Source: Lama glama (lineage: Eukaryota). Taken from it: 64,000 nucleotides of DNA. This document shows, one piece after another, positions 54,484-64,000 of this stretch. Below the pieces are notes generated by a model, which was not told the DNA's origin, did not search any database, and saw only the letters and a list, made by a program, of their open reading frames with translations. Made by a program: the position numbers and the translations under genes. Numbering within the stretch: position 1 is the first letter of the stretch; every line of letters begins with the position of its first letter. The DNA lies in NCBI GenBank assembly GCA_028534125.1, contig CM052817.1:64792001-64856000 (forward strand), read 5' to 3'.

Positions 54484-54505
54484 TTAGAACTGTCCAGTTC
54501 TAATG
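54484..54505 (-). pseudogene. ADH7: ADH7 exon 9 coding remnant (IRTGQF-stop)
   Basis: tttcag|CATTAGAACTG followed by rearranged sequence; downstream sequence resembles the ADH7 3'UTR as I recall it. Confidence 0.8.
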
Positions 54506-56112
54506 CTGAAATGTAAAATGATAGTTTTGAGTGATTTATTTCCTTACTTTCCAAACAAGAACATTTTATGTAATTGTCCTTCCTGCCTGTTTTTAGGCAA
54601 CTTCAGGTAAATTCTGTTGTTGGAAATCCTTCTGGGCCTGAGGTCCCCACCAATTCATTTTGTTTCTGGTGGGTCTCTGGTATGGGTATCTGAACTGATT
54701 CTTGAAGCATCAGTATGATTACAACAGGCTGACAAGAGGAAAGAGGTTTCTTGGCTGAAGGGAAAGCGTGAATAAGGCTATGAAGGTGAGAACAGGAAGG
54801 GTAGTCCAGTGCGCTTAGACTTCTGGGTGCCCAGGAGAAAAGTGGAGGAGACCTACTCCCACATTTTATTCCCAGAGCCCAGCACAGAGGCTGTGCTAGA
54901 GTGTGTGCCAAATTCTTAGTTGTTGAATGACTGGATATATTATATTAATAAATGAAAGTAGGTTTTGTTCCTAAAGTAAAGGCTTTCAAAACCATGCTAA
55001 AGTGTTGATATTTGGAGGCAACTTGAGGTTTAGTAGCTTAGTGAAGGTCTGGCTACTATGGTAAAATACAGAAGACAGGAGACCTGTTATCATGCTATTG
55101 TGTTAACATGTCCAGGTGAGAGATGACTGGGCCACACTAAAGTAACAATCACGGGCAATGAGAGGGAGGATGGTGGAGGAGAAACTGGACCTCACTCAAC
55201 GGGCTTCGCATCAGTTTGCATGCGGTAGGCAAGAGTGAAGAAAAAGTCAAATGTGATGCTATGGCTTCTAACCTGTAAAAGCAGAAAAAGTGGCATTATT
55301 TGCTGAGGTAAGATGTACTGGTGGAAGAATTATTTTGGGTGAAGTTGATGCAAGTGGGACGTTCAAGTGGAGCTGTGTGGAAGTTGATGGAAATTGAAGA
55401 GCTTAGGTTTATAAATGTCAATTTAGAAGTCACTGCATTAAGGTGATATTTGAAGCAAAATTCCTAAGAGTGGAATTTATGTTTCTTTGGACAACAGCTA
55501 TAACTATTTTTCAAACTGACCACATTAAGCTATTGGTTTTGGTTAATTGAGTAAACATGTATGGGTAGTTCAGACAGTTAAACCCATTGTCTTCAAATTA
55601 AAAAGAGTTTGAATGTATGTTCACAATGCAGTGATCACTTAGTTAGACCTGTTGTAGAGACCAGACACAACATTGAAAAAGTGCTTAAGGGGAAATGACT
55701 GAGAATGTGGATCTCAGATTAATGTCCAGTTCCTTTTGCAAATGAAACCCAAATCCTTGCACATAGTGGATACCCAATAAGTTTTTATAGACTCAATGAA
55801 TGAAATTCCATTTTATCTTATAGACAAACTCTCTGGATTGCTGTTCCAGGCATCCATGAGGGAGACACCATTGTTGAAGTTTGTGCAAATTCTCTGTTCT
55901 CCACCTCTGCACTTGCCCAACACTCAGAAGTAACAAGAGTAGTGACAAGAATGCCCATGTTAGTGGGAGCTTCCAGCTCTATCAGAAGAGTTTGGGGAGC
56001 GCAAGCTTTGCATTGAGCTTGCAACCCTACAAGGGCTGGCAAGTTATTTATTTGCCTCTCACAACCTTAGGTTCTTCAACTGAAAATGGTAATAATAACA
56101 GTAGTAATTGTT

Positions 56113-57345
56113 CTATTGGCATAAAAACAGATTCATAGTTCAATGGGACTAAACAGAGAGCCCAGGAGTAGACTGATACATATATGGTCAATTAATTTAT
56201 GACGAAGAAGCCAAGAACATACAATGGGGAAAGGACAGTCTCTTCAATAAATTGTGTTGGGAAAGCTCGCCCACTATCTTGTACCATACACAAAAATTAA
56301 CTCAAAATGGATTAAAGGTTTATACCTAAGATCTGAAATGATGAAACCTCTAGAAGAATATATAGGTGGTAAACTTCTTGAAATAAGTGTTGGAGATGTT
56401 TTTAAAAATCTGACACCAAAGGTAAAAGCATTAAAAGAAGAAATAAACAGAGACTACATCCAAATAAAAAGCTTCTACACCCCAAAGGAAGTAATCAACA
56501 AAATAAAAAGGCAACCTACTAAATGGGAGAAAATATTTGCAAATCATAATCAATCCAGTAAGGGGTTAATACCCAAAATATATAAAGAACATAAAACTCA
56601 ATAGCAAACAAAACAAAACAAAAACAACCCCAAAACCAGCCTGACTGAAAAAATGGGCAGAGGATCTGAACAGATATTTTTCCAAAGAAAATATTCAAAT
56701 GGCCAGAGACACATGAAAAGGTACTCAACATCATTAATCATCAGGGAAATGCAAATCAAAACCACAATGAAATACCACCTTACACATGCTAGATTGGCTA
56801 TCATCAAAAAGATAAGAAATAACAAAGATGTGGAGAAAAGGGAACCCCCAAGCAGGTGGGAATGTAAATTGGTACAGTCACTATGGAAAACAGTATGGAG
56901 GCTTCTCAAAAAACTAAAAATAGAACTACCATAGGACCCAGCAATTCCACTTCTGAGTATTTATTTGAACAAAACAAAAATACTAACTTGAAAAGATACA
57001 GGCACATCTATGTTCATTACAGCACTATTTACAATAGCCAAGAAATGGAAATAACCTCAATGTTCATGGAAGGATGGATGGATAACTCAGTCATAAAATA
57101 TTATTCAGCCATAAAGAAGAATGCAGTCTTGCCATTTGCAACAACATGAATGGACCTCAAGGGCATTATGCTAAGTGAAATAAGTCAGACAGAGAAAGAC
57201 AGATACTCTATGATCTCACTTCTACGTGGAATCTGAAGCAACAACAAAAACCTCATAGATACAGAGAATAGACTGGTGGTTGCTAGAAGCAAGGCTACGG
57301 GGTGGGAGAAACTAGTAAAGGGAGTGAAAAAGTAAAAACAAGCAA
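56113..57345 (+). mobile_element. 5'-truncated L1 in ADH7 intron 8
   Basis: [45 protein letters not shown]. Confidence 0.92.
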
Positions 57346-57688
57346 ACAAAGTCTGACCTTCAGCTATCAGAAGAAAACATTTAAAAAAGCACTTTGTAAA
57401 CTGTAAAGTAAGGAAATACTGTGGCATTACTTGAAGTGAGCAGCTTTGCGATAAAATAAAAATAGCCACGATGAAATCCATCTGTATTAAAAGAAATTTC
57501 AGAGTTTTTAAAAAAATTGTTTAATATAGGACAATGACATAAGAAGTCCATGGAAAAGAAGTAACCCACTACATCAATCTTGCTACATTAAATAATCAGA
57601 AAAATATATAAAGGAAACATGCTCTTATAAATATTACATTTTAAAAGTAGCTTATGGGGAGGAGACAGGGTCACCATAAAAAAGATAA

Positions 57689-57853
<165 letters not shown>

Positions 57854-58384
57854 TTAGACTTTACTAAGTGTTCTTTATATTGTATAAAAATATACAGTTT
57901 TCTCTCCTGCATTATTACCTTTTCCCCATGAGACTATTATCAACAACACTTTAAATGACTGTATTTCTCTCATTGTAAGAAATGAAGGCAAAAACCTGCT
58001 CTTGCCTCCACATCTTCTAGCTGTCCCATTTCTGCTCTTTTTATAGAAAAACTTCTTTACAGAAGGATCATCTCCAGTTCACTGTTTCCAGTTCTACTGT
58101 CTTTTCTCCCATTATCTCTTGAGCCCTCTCAGCATTTGGCTGTTACAGCTTTTGTCAAGGTCCCCAGTGACACAGACAATGGTCAACGTGAGGCCAAAGC
58201 TTTGTACCTGGGACACAAAAATGAGAGGCTGGTTGGTACAGATGAAATTCTTTAGAGAGAGGTCCTTCGAGGAAATAAGATTTGACTTGAGAAATAAACA
58301 CTAAGAGATTTAAGTTGAGCTCTCACTTTGACTATTTGTGTGATGTGAGGAGATTATAGATTATTCAGGAGTTAGAAGTAAATT

Positions 58385-59700
58385 CAGTTATTCACTAACC
58401 ATCCTTTGCGTATATGCTAAGTATCAGGCACCATTTCAGGGGCTGGGAATATGGCAGAGAAAAACATGCCAAGTCCCTGCTCTCAGGAAGCATGAGAATC
58501 CTCTCACTTTAGTGTAGAGAGACTGACAATAAACAAATAATGCAGAGCACATCATCCAATGACAAGGACAGAGGGAAAAATAGAGTAGGGGCGATAGGCT
58601 GGGTTGGGGGATGCTATTTTATAAAGCTTAGGGAAGGCCAGTCTGATAAAGTGACATCAGAGCCAAAACAAAGGAAATGAACTGTCCAGGAATCTTGGGA
58701 AAGAGCACTTCAGGGAGAGGGCAGAGTAATTATAAAGGTGTTGAAGTTGAGTGTTGACCAGCGAGAGCAGCGAGGAGGCCAGTGTGGCGGAGCAGAGTGA
58801 GAACGGAGTAGGAGCAGCTGGGGTCAGAGGGCCAGGTCATGTGGGGCCTTTTGGTGGTTGTAAGTTTTGAGATTTTATTCTGAGTGAGAAAGGAAGACAG
58901 AGGGTTTTAAGAGAAGTGTGACCTGATCTGACTTCCATTTAACAGTCTCACTCTGGCTGCTCTGTGGGGAATATTCCATATGGGGGCAAATTGGAAAAGC
59001 AGGGAGACCATTTAAGACATCACTGTAAGACAGGAAGGAGAGGATGGTGGCTTGGACAAGTGATGGTGCTGGTGAGAAATGGTCAGATCTTGGGTATATT
59101 TTGAAAAGTTGCTTTAACAGGACCTTAACAGGATTTGCTGAAATACTCATTGCCTGACAGAAAGAATGTAACCCGAGGTCTGGAGCCTGATCAACAGGAA
59201 TGATGGAGTCATCATTTACTGAGATGGGCAGACTGTGGGAGGAGCAGGTTGGGGGCCGGGTGGGAGATGGTGGAGTCAGGAGTGGTTTAGGCAGGCTTAG
59301 TTTACATGTCTATCAAAAATCCAAGAGGAGATGTCAGGCAATTGGATATATGAGTCTGTAGCTCAGGTGTAAGTCTAGGCTGGAGATATAAACTCAAATG
59401 TTGTAAGTAGAAAGTAGTAAAAGCCTCGAGGCCAGGGGAGATCACCTTGGAAGTAAATGTAAATAAAGAGAAGAGGTCTGAGCTTAAAAATGTTTGGAGG
59501 GGCAGGGAGGAGAAAAATTAAGGATTCAGTTTTATACCTATTCAGTTTGAGATACCTTTGAGACCTTCAAATGGAGATGTCAGGTAAGGAGCTGGATAAG
59601 AGAATTTGGAGTCCAGAGAGAGACTGAGATACAAATTTGGAATCAACTAACATGTAGATCATTTTCAAGACTTAGGAATTGGATGGGACCACCACAGTGT
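58385..59700. mobile_element. L2 LINE fragments
   Basis: Typical purine-rich L2 pattern (caagtccctgctctca, ggtggcttggac, tttactgagatggg, ggagatgtcagg). Similar L2 pieces near 41560-41830, 49300-49620 and 54950-55450. Confidence 0.75.
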
Positions 59701-59887
59701 GGGGATTGCCTGGATTGCTTGTGGGAATAATTTTACTGTGTATGAATTGCGTGCTACTCTGCTTACTTCTTCAAGTCATTAGGAGTAACATAAACTGAGT
59801 CCAAATAATCGCCCTTCAAAATGCATTCATGTTTTCATACTCTTCATGCTGTTTCATACTATAGTTTTCATACTATTTCATACCAGC

Positions 59888-60303
59888 TATTAGAGGTTGA
59901 ATTGTGTCCCCACCTCACCCCCTCCAGATTCATATGTTGAAGTCTTAGCCCCCAGTACCTCACAGTGTGATCTTATTTGGAGATAGGGTCTTTGCAGAGG
60001 TATTAAGTTAAAATAAGGCCATTAGGTGGACCCTAATCCAATATAATTAGTGTCCTTATAGAAAGGGGAAATTTGGACAAAAAGACTGACACAGAGGGAG
60101 GGTGATATGAAGAAACAGAGGGAGAAGACAGCCAAAGAGAGAGGCCTAGAAGAGATCCTTTACTCCCCACCCTCAGAAGGAACGAACCCTGCCGACACCT
60201 TGATTCGGGGCTTCTAGTTTCCAGAGTGTGAGAAATAAATTCCTGTGGTTTAAACCACAAGATCTGTGGTATGCTGCTACAACAGCTGCAGCAAACTAAC
60301 ACA
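59888..60303 (+). mobile_element. MaLR LTR (MLT1C-type)
   Basis: ggttgaattgtgtcccc...ttggagatagggtctttgcaga...ccctgccgacaccttgat...aaactaacaca. Confidence 0.85.
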
Positions 60304-60615
60304 CCAGCAGGGATATTTATTTTGTGAAAGAAAAAAATATTAATTTTAGGTATGAATCCCAGTTTTAGAAATGAACCTGAGGGAAACACGGAGGAAAGCA
60401 AAATTAAACCTAGACATTTCACTTCTAGTTATTTAGAAATAAAATTTCTAATCTAAGTTTTCATTTTTCTTCTAGTTGACTTGGCATTGTATAGAAACAG
60501 CCTGCATATGAGATATGTTTTAAGAGTTTTTTCCCCCCAAATCTTCAGTTTTCAAAAGAAAAAAAAGCATTTAAAAAATTTTAAAAAGAAGGAACCAGCC
60601 CACACCGCTTCTTAC

Positions 60616-60828
60616 CTTATCTTAACAGCAGCCCCATATCTAGTGGAAAATCCACATCCAGTTAAACAGGCTTTCTCAGGAGGAGCTGCATCATCAGCCT
60701 TAGCAACAGACGTTTTGCCCACCACTGTCCACACAGTAAACACACTGGTGTTCACGACGTGGTAGACCAGTTTGCCGTTGCATGTAACCCTGGTGGTGCC
60801 ATCACCCAGGACTCCACAACTAGTAATG
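60616..60828 (-). pseudogene. ADH7: ADH7 exon 5, frameshifted
   Basis: 213 nt; ends GTT AAG ATA AG|gtaag, i.e. in phase 2 rather than 0 (~4 nt deletion). Confidence 0.9.
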
Positions 60829-60919
60829 CTATTTGATACATCAAATACGTGTTATTTCAGTTCAAAACTTAGCACAGGAACAACTTAAATGGCACTAGAC
60901 AAAAATGACTGAAACCTAC

Positions 60920-61007
60920 TGGCACCTGATACAAAGGTTGCCGTCTAGGTGGCGATAAGCATGGCATTCTCTATACTGAGGCAGAAAGAGGGGGATGACT
61001 TTGCCAT
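60920..61007 (-). pseudogene. ADH7: ADH7 exon 4 (GKVIPLFLPQYRECHAYRHLDGNLCIRC)
   Basis: 88 nt, tag/gtagg; two Zn Cys codons are now TAT. Confidence 0.92.
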
Positions 61008-61115
61008 CTAGAGTGAAAACATCATGATAAAAGGTGTTGGTCATTAACATTAAAGTATGAAACAAGTTAATGTACATTTAGCCCATGCCATGTGCAAGAA
61101 TTTCTTAAGAATATA

Positions 61116-61411
61116 CAGGCATATCTGGGGGACATTATGGGTTTGGTTTCAGACCACTGCAAAAAGTGAGCCATACATTTTTTTAATTTCACAATGCATA
61201 TAAAAGTTATGTTTATGCTATAGTATAGTCTAATAAATGTGCAGTACTGTTGTATCTAAAAACCAATGTATATACCTTAATTTTAAAATAATGCTATTGG
61301 AGAAATGGCACCGATAGACTCACTTGACTCAGGATTGCCGCAAACCTTCAATATATAAAAAATGCAATATCTGTGAAGCACAATAAAGTGCAATAAAACA
61401 AGGTATGCCTG
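61116..61411. mobile_element. Tigger1-derived MITE in ADH7 intron 3
   Basis: TIRs caggcatatct / aggtatgcctg flanked by TA on both sides. Confidence 0.85.
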
Positions 61412-61601
61412 TATTCTAAAGCTTATAAGCACCATCAAGTTTGCTCGCTAAAGGTTGAGATTTTGCCAAATTAAACTTCACTGTATGATCCATTCTCCTT
61501 GTATTCTTGTATCCTCCTTGCATAATTCCTAGTTGTACTATTCCCTTTGATAGGCTAGTCAACCCTACTTATCCCAGACTTGTGATTTGACCTTTGCACA
61601 C

Positions 61602-61740
61602 CTGGTTTCACCGAAGTGACTCCTTCTCCAGTGCTCACCACAACCCCAGTTGCTTCATGTCCCACAATCGCTGGAAACTTAGACACCATTGCTCCTTTTA
61701 TCACATCGTCATCTGTTTGGCAGATTCCTGTGGCCAAAAT
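61602..61740 (-). pseudogene. ADH7: ADH7 exon 3
   Basis: 139 nt, cag/gtgt; open frame but Q47 and D51 replace the usual R and H. Confidence 0.93.
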
Positions 61741-61974
61741 CTGTGTTCAGAGACAACAATATTACGCCCAGCAGCAAGTTAGTCACTTTACAGTTGAGAG
61801 GATATTTAACTGTCTCTTGAAAAGATTATAATTGCTTATCCAGTATGATTGCCTACTATAATAGTCTTGACTCTTAGGAGATACTGAGCTGACTATCAAT
61901 CATCAGATCAGAAGCCTCTCCTTAAAGAATTTACAGTATTGCTGCCTTTGGCCTTACTTTGAATCTCAGTGCCT

Positions 61975-62200
61975 TTTTAAAAAAATATATTTTTATTGAA
62001 GTACAGTCAGTTTACAATGTTGTCAATTTCTGGTGTACAGCACAGTGCTTCAGTCACATAGGAGCATGCATACATTCGTTCTCATATTCTTCGTCACCAT
62101 AAGTTACTACAAGTTGTTGAATATGGCTCCCTGTGCTATACAGTATAAACTTGTTGTTTATCTATTTTGTATATGTATTTGTTAGTATCTGCAAATTTTT
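61975..62200 (-). mobile_element. Short L1 3'-end fragment in ADH7 intron 2
   Basis: ttttattgaagtacagtcagtttacaatgttg...ccctgtgctatacagta. Confidence 0.75.
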
Positions 62201-62816
62201 GAAGCAAGTTGATGCTCTTGTGTGGGAACTAGAATGTAGATGTAACCATGTGACCAGCATGTGAGTAGATTTTTACAGCAAGGTACTCCTAGGACTCTCT
62301 TAATGAAAGGTAAAATGATTGCAAGAAGATAAGTAAGCAAAGGGTACTGTTACCACAGTGCTCAGGTCAGGAGAAGTTCAAAGAAAGATTGGCAGCAATG
62401 TCTACTCAACAACCCAGGGTCCAGCCTAATGGTTAGGCTCTGTCCAAAGGAACGTGGGAAACACTCCAGGCACAAATAAGTTCCTCATTCTTTGTGAAAA
62501 ATAATCTCAATGCTAACTGATACCCAGAAGATTTTTAAAGTAATCATTTGGCAGGATTATTAGCCATTTTTATCAGACCTTGGGTCAATAAAGATTCAAC
62601 AGATAAAAATTGTAATAGAGCAGATTAGCAGTGTTTTTTAATTGATAATTGTCATTGATTTTATATCCAATATGACCAGATCCTTAACAATAAACAGAAA
62701 CCAGTATGAGAATTAATATCCAAAATTTGGGAAACATCTCCTTGTTTAAGAATCCAACCTCACAACAATGACATACTCAATACAGGTGTGATAATATTTT
62801 AGGTGTATGCACTCTA

Positions 62817-62930
<114 letters not shown>

Positions 62931-64000
62931 TTAAGAAGTTGGTGAAAGTGATAATAGGTCCCATTTATGTCTTTACAAATACAGACTCCAAATAATACAA
63001 ATCTGGACAGAAGATCACATTGTAATCCCTAGAGATCATCTTAGGTACACACATATTTGATACATGAGAAATGCAGCCCAGAGACACTACATAATTGATC
63101 CATGGTCACATAGCACATGAGAAGCAGGGCTGGACTAGATCTGAGGTACACAATTTCCAGCCCTTTGCTTTTTCTGCCTGTGGTCACATAAATATTTCAC
63201 TAAACTAAGTCCTTCTGCTACAAAGTAACAAAATGTCACCTGTGTATCACTTACTCACAAGAGCAAATTTATAAAACAGAAAATGCTGCTGATTTATCTG
63301 CAAGAATCTAAGCCAGTATTTAATTGCTATAAATCATGTAGCAGTGGTGACAAAATTAGAAAATTCGCTTGGTTAGAAATGAAGGGAAACATGCATGTCA
63401 TGAAGTATATAGACTGTGAGTTCCTGGATGACTCGGTCTGTGTCTTGGCATCTCTGAATCCCTTTTTGCATCTAGCCCAGTTCTTGCATCTCGCGGGTCC
63501 AGATAGGCAAGGTAAAACCTCTCATCTTACAGGAGTGGAAATAAGGAGTGGAGAGCTCAGCAAGTAGCCTCCAGCTGCTGTTCAGCTGGTTTTGGCATAA
63601 TTATTCAGTTAAATAATTTTGCTGACATTATTGAAATCAGTGAGGAGTGAGGAGCAGGAGAGATATTTTCTTGCTTTTCCATCCCCAAATCTGTCTAGGA
63701 ATCATACAACATATTTTAATTAATTTGTTCAGGTGAAAAATGATGAGTTATCACTCATCTTACTTGTTTACTAATAACTAAGGATCTCCTTTAGATGGAT
63801 GGCTACTTGGCTCTTTTGCAAAGAGATTAAATGTGAGAAAGGATATGCTGGAAACAGATGGGTGGCCAAAAGCCATTACTGACTTTAACATTCATCTTCT
63901 GCATCTCAAAGGCAAATATTATGGGTCACAGTGTAATGTGGCCCAATCCTGAAGTTAGAAATCTCACACCAAAAATCCTGCTGGGTTAATAGCTGAGATT

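Noticed and set aside
60935..61015. CTCF-like motifs (gtctaggtggcg, ctctagatggca) overlapping ADH7 exon 4
   Set aside because: Partial matches that overlap coding-derived sequence; cannot be distinguished from chance without a PWM scan or ChIP data.
62933..64000. ADH7 exon 1
   Set aside because: No MxTAGK-type ATG..AAA|gt exon found on the minus strand; it probably lies beyond the window end.

Overview
Mammalian genomic DNA from the alcohol dehydrogenase (ADH) cluster. The tRNA-derived SINEs resemble the camelid vic-1 family, so the species is probably a camelid (inference). Two ADH genes lie on the minus strand. The first is an intact 9-exon class I ADH gene (CDS 26525->12904; 1128 nt = 375 aa + stop; all introns GT-AG; all Zn ligands present). 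The second is a decayed class IV ADH7 gene (62930->~54484; exon 1 not found in the window). Its lesions are a destroyed exon 2 acceptor, loss of two structural-Zn cysteines, frameshifts in exons 5 and 8, a destroyed exon 8 donor, apparent deletion of exons 6-7, and a fold-back inversion in exon 9. The rest is L1, L2, MIR, MaLR/ERV LTR, Tigger/MER and SINE repeats, microsatellites and one 500-N assembly gap. I found no evidence of a new multi-gene system. The most interesting signals are the ADH7 loss, several templated-insertion scars, and candidate regulatory elements between the genes (an HNF1/HNF4 motif cluster, and a CTCF motif inside an inverted-repeat-bounded segment). Repeat family names and comparisons with human/horse proteins come from recall, not database searches.
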